Sequence record: MN871453.1
Length of the DNA stretch: 64,000 bases
Strand: one strand, 5' to 3'
The notes under the pieces are model-generated. The model did no database searches. It was not told the origin of the DNA and saw only the letters and a program-made list of their open reading frames with translations. Every line of letters begins with the position of its first letter. Positions within the stretch are counted from its first letter, which is position 1. Shown here in pieces: positions 47,642 through 56,342 of this stretch. The translations under genes were made by a program, and so were the position numbers.

Positions 47642-48241
47642 ATGTGGACTTCATTTTTCAACAACAAGTTAGTTAGGTGGCTTCTGGTCATTCTCTCTAT
47701 TTTGCTCTTTATCTACGGTGTATTTAAAGCCGGGGAATACGCACAGAAAAAGATCACTGAAACAATCGCCGACGTCACGAACCAAATGACGCAAACCATC
47801 CAAAAGAATTTGCAACAGTCGCTTGATGAGCACATGGGCGTGTTACAAAACGAATTGGATAATAACTTGTCTTCAATCAATGGTAAATTCGATGAACAAC
47901 AAAAAGCGATTAAAAATACTCAGTCTAAGCTTGATGGTATTGGTGATGTGTGGTTGCGCGTCGAAAGAGTACGTACCGACCAAAAACACATCGGTAACGC
48001 TCAAGGTACCGGAAGTCAAACTCCCGGAAGTTCGGGAGGAAGTGATGGAACCTATTACGCCAAACTTCCAGCTGAGAATGTGCAATTTCTTAAAGGGGAA
48101 GCCTTTAGAGCAGATCAATGCGCCGTGCGATTAAACGCTGCGCAGCAGGTCATCGTTCAGTATAAAGGGGCGTTTGTAAAATACCAGGAACTCGTGGAAG
48201 TTTACCTTAACGCCGCCCAACTTGACGGTAAGACAAAATAA
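47642..48241 (+). CDS. inner-membrane spanin (Rz-like)
   Basis: N-terminal TM LLVILSILLFIYGVF, coiled coil, WLRV, and C-terminal EAFRADQCAVRLNAAQQVI as in Rz proteins. Confidence 0.75.
   Translation: MWTSFFNNKLVRWLLVILSILLFIYGVFKAGEYAQKKITETIADVTNQMTQTIQKNLQQSLDEHMGVLQNELDNNLSSINGKFDEQQKAIKNTQSKLDGIGDVWLRVERVRTDQKHIGNAQGTGSQTPGSSGGSDGTYYAKLPAENVQFLKGEAFRADQCAVRLNAAQQVIVQYKGAFVKYQELVEVYLNAAQLDGKTK
47892..48134 (+). CDS. outer-membrane spanin lipoprotein (Rz1-like), embedded in +1 frame
   Basis: MNNKKRLKILSLSLMVLVMCG/C signal-peptide-II pattern; Pro-rich mature part with extra Cys; fully inside the Rz-like gene. Confidence 0.7.
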   Translation: MNNKKRLKILSLSLMVLVMCGCASKEYVPTKNTSVTLKVPEVKLPEVREEVMEPITPNFQLRMCNFLKGKPLEQINAPCD

Positions 48242-48245
48242 AATA

Positions 48246-48272
48246 AAGGTAGAGGGTCAAACCCTCTACCTT
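48246..48272. terminator. bidirectional terminator
   Basis: AAGGTAGAGGG/CCCTCTACCTT stem with A/T flanks. Confidence 0.85.
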
Positions 48273-48279
48273 TTATATT

Positions 48280-48876
48280 TTATCGTCTGCTACGTAACGC
48301 GGTGATAACGTCTGCTACTACACTGCTGTTGATCTTATCGCCTACCACTGCCGAAAGGATATCTCGGCGCTCTCGGTTAATGATGCCCATGTAATACCAC
48401 GTCACCATCATCGTCGGTAAGATAATGATCCCTGCTAACGTCGCCGAGGGGAGTTCTTTTCTATCGATACACACCACGGCCACTACTGAGGTGAAGATCA
48501 AAATAGTGAAGGCCAGTACCATTGCGAACATAGCACCAACCAAACGCCGTGACCTGACTTCGTATTTATCCGGTTTAGCGATCGCACCAATCACTTCTGG
48601 ATGAATACCGGGTACCGTCTTATCTGTTTGGTCATTAACAGGCTCTTCTTTTCCTTGTTCCGGTAAAGGTGCGATTTCCATTTCTAACCATATTGTCTTG
48701 TTATCGTCATCGGGATGACTGTCCAGGTATTCCCGCAGGTCTTTCACGGTGGCGGTTTCTGGGTGAATAGCGGGCGCAAAAAGATGCGCGCGATCCGCAA
48801 GCGAGATACCATCCTTATCAACGTAATTACCCAGGACGGTATCGTCAGGGAGTGACAGGAGTTCATTTAATGTCAT
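48280..48876 (-). CDS. membrane protein with two TM helices (holin candidate)
   Basis: LVGAMFAMVLAFTILIFTSVVAVVCI and LAGIIILPTMMVTWYYMGI; adjacent to spanins. Confidence 0.55.
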   Translation of the reverse strand: MTLNELLSLPDDTVLGNYVDKDGISLADRAHLFAPAIHPETATVKDLREYLDSHPDDDNKTIWLEMEIAPLPEQGKEEPVNDQTDKTVPGIHPEVIGAIAKPDKYEVRSRRLVGAMFAMVLAFTILIFTSVVAVVCIDRKELPSATLAGIIILPTMMVTWYYMGIINRERRDILSAVVGDKINSSVVADVITALRSRR

Positions 48877-49493
48877 TGATAGACCTCATCATAACTTGCC
48901 ATCAGTTGAAGAAAGACCTCGGACAACGGACGGGTGGCATCAATGAGAGCGACCTTTCCGTTAGCCTCTGGCGCAAGGTCATTCAAAACCGTTAAGTAAC
49001 GGTCACGGTAGAAATCAAATTGGGTCGCCAATTCTTCTTCGATGACATCTTTTTTGCGACGCCCTAACCGAGCAACGTGGGTGGCGTAATCGATATCCAA
49101 GAAAAAGATTGAGTGGTGGTGATCGAAGAGTCCTAATCCTTCGTGGAGATTGAAAATCCAATCCCATTCTTCTTTCGGGCTATAGGCGAAAGTCGAAGGC
49201 CATGAGCGGTCAAGAATAACGGTATGTCCACCCTCCAGAGCAAAGTTAACTTGACTGTCGAAGATCTCTTTACGTGCCGAGACGAACAACAGAGCACGAG
49301 CAGCGGGGGAAGACGGGCGATCTGACGACTGTGTTAATTCGCGGATTTTTTCTGCAGGGACATTGCCGCCAGGCTCACGAAACACCACGACAGATTCACC
49401 ACGTTCTTTCAACGCCTGTCGGAGTAATGAGACCGCTTCTGTTTTCCCTGCGCCATCGAGTCCTTCAATGATCAATAGTTTTGCTCTTGCCAT
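48873..49493 (-). CDS. tmk: thymidylate (dTMP) kinase
   Basis: EGLDGAGKT P-loop, FREPGG, LDRSWPSTFAY. Confidence 0.93.
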   Translation of the reverse strand: MARAKLLIIEGLDGAGKTEAVSLLRQALKERGESVVVFREPGGNVPAEKIRELTQSSDRPSSPAARALLFVSARKEIFDSQVNFALEGGHTVILDRSWPSTFAYSPKEEWDWIFNLHEGLGLFDHHHSIFFLDIDYATHVARLGRRKKDVIEEELATQFDFYRDRYLTVLNDLAPEANGKVALIDATRPLSEVFLQLMASYDEVYQ

Positions 49494-49503
49494 GTTTACC
49501 TTC

Positions 49504-50085
49504 TTAAATTATACCCGTTAATTCCCGTTTCCATTTAAGGAACAACCAATACCCGATGGCGATTGAATCGATGCTGTGTTCATCGAGTTCATCGATATCT
49601 ATTTCGCTATCAACATACAACGTCTTTTCTGCAATCAATTTTTTCACCGCTTTACGAACGGCTTCTTTGTCCCCGCCTTTACCTGGTGCACCAACCGCCT
49701 TTTTTGCCGTGGGTGGATCAACTAAAAATAACGGTAATGTATTTTTAAAATCCCAGACTGCCTCACGGGCCATCACAATCCCTTCTACCAGAGACTGGAA
49801 AGCAGAGACAAATTTCAATTTCATGAACGCCGATTCGCAAGAGACTAAGACAGGGTTAAAGTAATGCAAACGTTCGATGAGGAACTCTCTGCACTTTGCA
49901 TGTCGCGCACCTCGGTCCCCTAAGACCAATTCCGGACTAACGTCAGTTAAGAAGCGATCAGCGTGGAAAGTCTCAGCGTGGCGGAGGTAAACTTTCCCGG
50001 TATCGAGATCGTAATCTAAAATCGAAATCCCAAAACAACGACTCCCTGGGTCGATACCCATGATTCTAAAAAATTGGTCATTCAT
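49504..50085 (-). CDS. ruvC: RuvC-like Holliday junction resolvase
   Basis: GIDPGS, CESAF, AKKAVG..G.GDKEAV, EHSIDSIAIG. Confidence 0.88.
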   Translation of the reverse strand: MNDQFFRIMGIDPGSRCFGISILDYDLDTGKVYLRHAETFHADRFLTDVSPELVLGDRGARHAKCREFLIERLHYFNPVLVSCESAFMKLKFVSAFQSLVEGIVMAREAVWDFKNTLPLFLVDPPTAKKAVGAPGKGGDKEAVRKAVKKLIAEKTLYVDSEIDIDELDEHSIDSIAIGYWLFLKWKRELTGII

Positions 50086-50132
50086 TGTCGTTCCTTAACA
50101 CTATTTCAAAATAAATACATGGTCTATAAAAT

Positions 50133-50160
50133 AAGAAAGGGGACCGAAGCCCCCTTTCTT
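50133..50160 (-). terminator. intrinsic terminator
   Basis: 10-bp stem AAGAAAGGGG/CCCCTTTCTT with T-rich tail on minus strand. Confidence 0.75.
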
Positions 50161-50167
50161 TTGTCTG

Positions 50168-51313
50168 TTATTCTTCGGTTTCGATATCGTAACGCAGTGA
50201 AGCCTGACCGACAACAAACGACACCGTAGACGGCGTCACATTGACTGTCTCTGTCCAGCCATGAATAGACCGTTTACGCGTGATCGAGGTGACTCTGGCG
50301 TTAGTGAACGCGGTGGTCAATTTCGCTTTGTTCGCTTCGGTATTCATCGTAGCCCAGTTAGCGGCAATCATGTTCACAATTGCTTTAACCAGACTAGCGT
50401 CCGTGATTTCACTGCCTACACGGAACTGCTGAATCGCATTCTGATAATCCGAGAAATCCAGAGGACGAGTCAAGACCAAGGCCGAGTAACGATTGGTACC
50501 GACACCAGTCGGATAATCAAATCCTACCAACGCACCCGTGCGCAGGCTGCTCAGGTCAATCACCGGCGGGTATTCCAAGCCATTGAGTTCGGAAGTGAAA
50601 TTATTTAGAGCGATGTCACTTGGGTACTCAAGGCCATTAAGTTCTGTAACCGTGATTAACGTATTGAGGTCCTGACTTCCTGGGTACTCCAGACCGTTCA
50701 GATCGGTTTCAACGATCACCTTGTCAAGATCAAAGATCGACGGGTAGTATAACCCTTCCATCGCCGTCTGACGAATTGACCACGTAATACCCGAGAAACT
50801 ATTGCCTTTGAAGGCATCCAGATTATCGGTAATAATGCTGCTGAGAGAAGTTTTCGTATTACGGAGGTAAAACTCGACAGAACCTGTCCAACTCCAGCTG
50901 GTTTCTGCAATCGGCCACGAGATGAAGATTTCTTCATCTCCGGCATCAGTGTTCAGATCCAACAAGCCGGCGGCGAAATCGCTGTCCTCAAATGGTGGTA
51001 GACCATACGTTTCACAGAGCGACGCGAGGATTTTCCGGTTATTTAACCCTGAGCCTGCCTGAACGTGTAATTCAATCCCTTTGAACAACGTTTGGAAGTT
51101 ACGTTTAAACAACGAGATATCATCGCGGACACCGTAATACTTGCCCGAGGTGTCTTTAACGATGAACTTCTGACGTGCCTCGAAACTATCGTATTCGCCC
51201 CTTTCGATTGATAACGTATCAACCGTGAACGACGCGCCGTGATCCGCGTTAGCTTTGTTGATGAGACCAACAATTTCTGCTTCAATCGTAGGGTAACCAA
51301 AAACGGTACTCAT
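50168..51313 (-). CDS. baseplate/tail paralogue-family virion protein with LNGLEYP repeats
   Basis: N-terminal domain resembles 52917-53759; about five LxGxxYP repeats. Confidence 0.7.
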   Translation of the reverse strand: MSTVFGYPTIEAEIVGLINKANADHGASFTVDTLSIERGEYDSFEARQKFIVKDTSGKYYGVRDDISLFKRNFQTLFKGIELHVQAGSGLNNRKILASLCETYGLPPFEDSDFAAGLLDLNTDAGDEEIFISWPIAETSWSWTGSVEFYLRNTKTSLSSIITDNLDAFKGNSFSGITWSIRQTAMEGLYYPSIFDLDKVIVETDLNGLEYPGSQDLNTLITVTELNGLEYPSDIALNNFTSELNGLEYPPVIDLSSLRTGALVGFDYPTGVGTNRYSALVLTRPLDFSDYQNAIQQFRVGSEITDASLVKAIVNMIAANWATMNTEANKAKLTTAFTNARVTSITRKRSIHGWTETVNVTPSTVSFVVGQASLRYDIETEE

Positions 51314-51326
51314 TGGTCACCTCCTA

Positions 51327-52244
51327 TTAAGCCAGTGAACGGATAGTGGCCGTAATGCTGGATGTTGTAGAAAGGGTCGCTACGCTATTTGAGGTCAGCA
51401 TCGGTTCGTTAGCGCCCATTTCCAGCGTGATCACAAAGCCTTGGTTATCGAAGGACAGCTGGCGATACGTCGACAGCCAGGTCAATACCTGGGCGTAGAT
51501 CGCTTCATTCATGTTGATTTGCGCGCCGCCCGGACCCACCGCTTGTACGGTACGCTGGATAGCGGAAACCAAACCGATCTCCGAGATAATCGCCCGCTTC
51601 TGTGAACCGTAGAGAATGCTGGCGACATTATTCAGTTCTGCAACATCGTTCTCGTCGAAAGGTACGTCAACTTCCATACTGGCAGTCAGGTACTCAGAGT
51701 TCGTTGTGGTCGCTTGTGCCGAAGTCAGCGTTGGGCGAGTCGGGAACAAGTTCGATGAGTTCGGGACAAATTCGGTAGTGGTTGCTTCCCCGTCCACTAC
51801 AACGGTATGGCGCAAGGTCGGTTTCGCAGCAGAGAGATCAACCTTTTTCAAATAGTAAGAAAAGTAGTTTACGCCGTTCAAATTCTCTAATTTACGGAGA
51901 CCGTAGTTCGCCCGTTCAGCAACAGAGAGATCATTGGTTTCCAGACGCATGACAAATGGGATCATGTTGAACGGCCCAAAGTCGGCGGCGGTGTGTTGCG
52001 CAGGTTCGATAATGATTTCGTTATCGGCGGTCGGGACGTTATAATGTCCTTTATCACCGATACAGTAGTAAGCAAACGTAGGACGATCAGTGGTAGCAAT
52101 TTGGGCATCGCTATTTACCGCGAGTCTTTCGTTTAGCGTGGTGTACTTTAATGCAGTCAACGGCAGGCCCGCTAACAGATGGGTCTGGAGCAGTCCGCTT
52201 AACGCCGTCCGGGCGATGAGATTCGTATTTGTGCTGGCACTCAT
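51327..52244 (-). CDS. baseplate structural protein (phiKZ gp139-like)
   Basis: TTLNERL, YYCIGDKGH, IPFVMR and ISEIGLVS blocks. Confidence 0.7.
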   Translation of the reverse strand: MSASTNTNLIARTALSGLLQTHLLAGLPLTALKYTTLNERLAVNSDAQIATTDRPTFAYYCIGDKGHYNVPTADNEIIIEPAQHTAADFGPFNMIPFVMRLETNDLSVAERANYGLRKLENLNGVNYFSYYLKKVDLSAAKPTLRHTVVVDGEATTTEFVPNSSNLFPTRPTLTSAQATTTNSEYLTASMEVDVPFDENDVAELNNVASILYGSQKRAIISEIGLVSAIQRTVQAVGPGGAQINMNEAIYAQVLTWLSTYRQLSFDNQGFVITLEMGANEPMLTSNSVATLSTTSSITATIRSLA

Positions 52245-52317
52245 GTTTAAGTCCTATGCGAAAAATTCAATCGAGAAGAAGGTACGCCGACTCAGGACGG
52301 CGAATGTCATAAAAAGC

Positions 52318-52344
52318 GAAGGAGAGCGCTAAGCGCTCTCCTTC
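52318..52344 (-). terminator. intrinsic terminator
   Basis: 12-bp stem GAAGGAGAGCGC/GCGCTCTCCTTC with T tract on minus strand. Confidence 0.75.
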
Positions 52345-52360
52345 CGTATCTTTTTCTTAT

Positions 52361-52897
52361 TTAGCTACCAAAGCCATCCTGAGTATCAGGGATGTTGGTG
52401 GTGTTCATTCGCGTTTCAGCGGCAGTGATGGTCAGAGTGATCGTACCGAAAAGAGTCAGGTGGTTTTCAGCCATCGTCACTTTAACGGAAACGGTACTAT
52501 CTTCATTGGTCACCGGCGCGTCGACGACAATGTCACTCGCTACCATTGAAGAGGAAAACTTATCGACCAGGTACGCTAACGCACTGGCGGCGGCATCAGC
52601 TTCGTCCCAATTAGCCAGGTCATCAGTGATCGCCTTTTCAATAGCGTAACCCGCGATATCTTTACGGAGGTAATACACCGTTTTCGCTTCACCGTAAACC
52701 AGCGTTGAACTGGCCACCGGGGTTAACAGTACTGATGTGTTCGCGCCATCTTCACGTCCAGAAACGGCGGTGATATTGGACGCGGTCAAATCGGCGTCAG
52801 TGAATGCTTCACCGTCAGGGAGAGCGGTAGTTGATTTAGTCAATAAATCATAGAAGGCCGCTTTGGGGGTTTTCGTTAAATCTAATGAGACCGCCAT
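52361..52897 (-). CDS. small virion paralogue-family protein
   Basis: NTSVLLTP...YGEAKTVYYLRKDI and LFGTITLTI resemble neighbouring paralogues. Confidence 0.7.
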   Translation of the reverse strand: MAVSLDLTKTPKAAFYDLLTKSTTALPDGEAFTDADLTASNITAVSGREDGANTSVLLTPVASSTLVYGEAKTVYYLRKDIAGYAIEKAITDDLANWDEADAAASALAYLVDKFSSSMVASDIVVDAPVTNEDSTVSVKVTMAENHLTLFGTITLTITAAETRMNTTNIPDTQDGFGS

Positions 52898-52916
52898 CGT
52901 CTATTTTCCTCTTTGA

Positions 52917-53759
52917 TCAACTTAAATTGTAGTGCAGAATTAAATGTCCTGCAACATTAGTACATAAGGTACTGTCTAAATGGATCACGACGCAACGCTC
53001 GTAGTTAGTGTTGACGTAAACGGGAGCAGAGGTTGTTAGTCCGTTAAAGTACACGGTGGCGCCAGCCATGTTCCATGCGGCGGGTGTTGGGGTATTAATC
53101 CAGGCTTCTGGAGACTTACGGTTGAGGATAGTGAGGAGTTCCCCCTCGATCAAATCACCGTAACCAAACCGCTGCATGTTATCGGCGTCGTAAGTGTAAT
53201 CCTGAGCATAGAGGTAGAGCGGACCCTGAATCTTCACCGACTGGTTTGTCGGGTAAGCCAAACCGTCGAGGTCTTTGTTCCGAATAACCGTATCGATGGC
53301 CTTTTTCGGATCGCCGATGTTGACTTCCAAAATCCCCGTAAACGCCGGACAGGTTGGGCGAATACGAATCTGGGTCACGGTCGGAACAATACTGAGGTTG
53401 AGTACTTCGTCGTAAATATCTTCTGCGGCTAATTGAAAACCAAAGTTAAGATTGATCTCCGCTAACAGATCGGATTTCTTAAACTTGTTGCTGGCAGAGA
53501 CATAAACGTCAACTTCAGCAAAGATTTCAGCGATATCTGGACGGTTCCATGTCAGGGCAATTTCCCCTTCGCGGCCCATCCCTAAGATCGCAACAAGTTT
53601 ACCCGCGGTGTTGCGCTTGGGATCCCCGTTTGTATTTTCGGTAAAATTGGTCAGGCGGACCTGATCTTGCGTAAAGTCGCTTTCTGGGTTCGCTTCTTTG
53701 ATCAAATCAAAGACGAGTTCGTCGGTGGGTTTATTGTAGTAACCGTTCGGTGTGGCCAT
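52917..53759 (-). CDS. baseplate/tail paralogue-family virion protein (phiKZ gp130-like)
   Basis: LVFDLIKEAN, RNTAGKL, LTWNRPDI and LDGLAYP; start moved to ATG 53759 (GGAG RBS). Confidence 0.7.
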   Translation of the reverse strand: MATPNGYYNKPTDELVFDLIKEANPESDFTQDQVRLTNFTENTNGDPKRNTAGKLVAILGMGREGEIALTWNRPDIAEIFAEVDVYVSASNKFKKSDLLAEINLNFGFQLAAEDIYDEVLNLSIVPTVTQIRIRPTCPAFTGILEVNIGDPKKAIDTVIRNKDLDGLAYPTNQSVKIQGPLYLYAQDYTYDADNMQRFGYGDLIEGELLTILNRKSPEAWINTPTPAAWNMAGATVYFNGLTTSAPVYVNTNYERCVVIHLDSTLCTNVAGHLILHYNLS

Positions 53760-53795
53760 TATAGACTCCAAGTGAAAACTGTTATGTCATAACAA

Positions 53796-53817
53796 AAAAG
53801 GCGGTGACCCGCCTTTT
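53796..53817 (-). terminator. terminator hairpin
   Basis: AAAAGGCGG/CCGCCTTTT. Confidence 0.75.
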
Positions 53818-53833
53818 CCGTAGCACAATCTTT

Positions 53834-56278
53834 TTATTCGAAAGGCAATAAAACCGACGTCGGGAAAAACTCATCGAGTAACAGCGGCTCAGTGAACCCC
53901 AAGAGTCTATCTGGCATAACTTGCCACAACTGAACACGCGGGATCTTCCTTACCCATATACCGTCGAGAGTCGTTTCCCCTAAAACAATCTCAGGATCAC
54001 GTTCGATTTTTTTCACCCAGAGACCGTCCAGATTTCGAACGAGAACTTCCGTTTGAAGCAGGTCGTCGGCTTCCGGCGGGTAAACCCAAAGACCGGGGAG
54101 CGCCAATGTTTTAATGATGTCGTCAAGAGGACGGTAATCGACATGGTACAGCCACAACCCATTAAGCTCGGTGTTCTTCACGTCAATAGCGATATCTTCT
54201 GTCAGACTTCCTTTAAAGCGTACCTCGGCAATCGGGATTCGATGAATCGTTTTGATCGCTGTATCGCAAAGTAATCCGATACCCCAATCCAGTCGGTAAT
54301 AGTAGTTAGCGTAGATCTCTTTAACATTGAGATCAATCGCTTTAAACGGCGGGATCACCGTACTACTTTTTCCTTTCTGTTTTTGACCAATGACCTCTAC
54401 ACGCGAAGGCAGCTGAACTTTACCGTACCCCTTACTTTCCACTTTACCGTAACGGACTGCCAGGTTGTCTAAAACGATACCCGGAGCAGCGATCGTTTTG
54501 TGGACGTACTGAACGCCGTAAGAAGAAAGTTGAGTCATGATCCCGATCATTGCGCTGTGAATATCCGAGATACTGATTGTCGACCGAAGATCTGAACCCG
54601 TCGCAATAGTGAATATACTCAGTGCAAAATCTGACCATTCCTGCGGGGTTGACATGGACAATGTCCAGTTCTTTTCTTTAAACCACGTCGCGTATGTTGT
54701 CGGCTGATCGACCAGTGTACAAGGTTCGTCGCAATAGAATTTCCGACAGAGGACTTCCCATTCACCACGTTGGTAAAGATCTTCCATTGACGTATACATC
54801 ATCCGGTGGGCTGACAAGTTCCCTTGTATAGCGACTGCCGTGGAATAAAAGGCTTCCGTAGAGATGATCGTACTTACTGAGGTCGTCTCTGTCATTGCCA
54901 CTTGTATCCCGAGTTCTGTCACGTACGTTTTCTGCGTTGCTTTACGCAGCTCTGAGAACGTTGGACTTGGAATACGTTGCGCGAAGAAAGCGGTCAGTTT
55001 AGGAATGTCCGTGAGCGTTATTTCAAACTGCTGCATCACCGCGTAGACCCAAAGTACCAATGCCTCCTTCACTGACATTGACATCGCTTCCTGCGAAATA
55101 GGGTCAGTTAAGATAATATTGGCAGTGTACTTCCCGTGAGAGGCGAGGTAGATCCATTCCGTTAATAACGTATCGGTCAGCTTCCGCGGCATGGCATCAG
55201 ACTGGTCGACCATAACCGATTCGAGTACTTTCGTGGGGAGTATGTTGGTGATCGCGTTTTTAACCATATCCGGCACGGTAGATTTTTGCGTCTCAAGATA
55301 ATCGGCATTATCTTTTGCAGAGTCGACTTCATTCTCTAACGCGTCTTCGATCGTGATATACTGAATACCGCTGACAGATTCAGCCAAGGTATTCTGCGGG
55401 ATCTTAGCCACGGTACCAGTGCTGTAAATCCCTTCGCCGATACTTGACGTATCTTGTTGTAATTCGTACGCGGTGAGCGGGATACGTCGCTCCGTCAGGA
55501 TATTCGCGATAAGATCAACAAAGGTACTGGTTTTCCCGGCGTGCGCCTCGATGTATTCAATGTTACGGTACAGATACAGCGCCTGTTTGAGACTCGTGTA
55601 GTCTTTGAATTTATTGAGTCGGCCATGCGACCCCAGATAACACCAAAGATGATAACTGTGCACTTGGGGCGTTCTTACGTACCGATTTCGGATATTAATA
55701 ATTTCGCCAGGAAGGTGAGAAAACATTAAACCAAAAAAGGTCGCCGGATATTGCAGTTGTACACGAGCAGGGAGCGGCATGTACCAGCGGTTGGTAAAAT
55801 TATTAATCCACTCTTGCAGGTCGCTGATTAAATACACCTCTTGTGACTCAACGTGCTCTGAATCGTAATAGAGGATTTCCCAACTCTTCGCGCTCAGAAT
55901 CGTCTCCATGGGAACCGGGTTGAGAATCCCACGTATCAGCGTTTCTTGATTAGGGTAACGAGAGAGCAGATTCTGATAATAACTTGTCCCGTACGCGTAG
56001 GCTTTACGCGTGGCGCGGTGTAATAGTAAGTTATCATATGTGAACTCGATCGTCTCGAGTGTATCTAAAGAAACAACCGTCATTGGGGTATCGCTGGCAT
56101 GGTATTGTCCTGCCAGATTCATATAGTACGCCCATGTGCTAGGTGCACTTGGGTCGACGTTATACCCGATAAGTGAAAGGTATTCGTTACGCATCGTGGC
56201 GGCGGCAGGAAATTTAATCGTCAATGTCTGTGCCAATGCCATAACGCTATCTAAATATAACTTCTGCGTGGTATCCAC
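53834..56278 (-). CDS. conserved baseplate/tail protein divergent from the portal gene (phiKZ gp128-like)
   Basis: YYMNLAGQYH, VHSYHLWCYLGSHG, QALYLYRNI and QLSSYGVQY blocks; GTG start with GAGGAG RBS. Confidence 0.75.
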   Translation of the reverse strand: MDTTQKLYLDSVMALAQTLTIKFPAAATMRNEYLSLIGYNVDPSAPSTWAYYMNLAGQYHASDTPMTVVSLDTLETIEFTYDNLLLHRATRKAYAYGTSYYQNLLSRYPNQETLIRGILNPVPMETILSAKSWEILYYDSEHVESQEVYLISDLQEWINNFTNRWYMPLPARVQLQYPATFFGLMFSHLPGEIINIRNRYVRTPQVHSYHLWCYLGSHGRLNKFKDYTSLKQALYLYRNIEYIEAHAGKTSTFVDLIANILTERRIPLTAYELQQDTSSIGEGIYSTGTVAKIPQNTLAESVSGIQYITIEDALENEVDSAKDNADYLETQKSTVPDMVKNAITNILPTKVLESVMVDQSDAMPRKLTDTLLTEWIYLASHGKYTANIILTDPISQEAMSMSVKEALVLWVYAVMQQFEITLTDIPKLTAFFAQRIPSPTFSELRKATQKTYVTELGIQVAMTETTSVSTIISTEAFYSTAVAIQGNLSAHRMMYTSMEDLYQRGEWEVLCRKFYCDEPCTLVDQPTTYATWFKEKNWTLSMSTPQEWSDFALSIFTIATGSDLRSTISISDIHSAMIGIMTQLSSYGVQYVHKTIAAPGIVLDNLAVRYGKVESKGYGKVQLPSRVEVIGQKQKGKSSTVIPPFKAIDLNVKEIYANYYYRLDWGIGLLCDTAIKTIHRIPIAEVRFKGSLTEDIAIDVKNTELNGLWLYHVDYRPLDDIIKTLALPGLWVYPPEADDLLQTEVLVRNLDGLWVKKIERDPEIVLGETTLDGIWVRKIPRVQLWQVMPDRLLGFTEPLLLDEFFPTSVLLPFE

Positions 56279-56342
56279 CGAGCAGTCTCCTCAATAGAAC
56301 AATCGATTCCCCTTTTCAGAGTGAGAGAAGGATTCTGAATTT

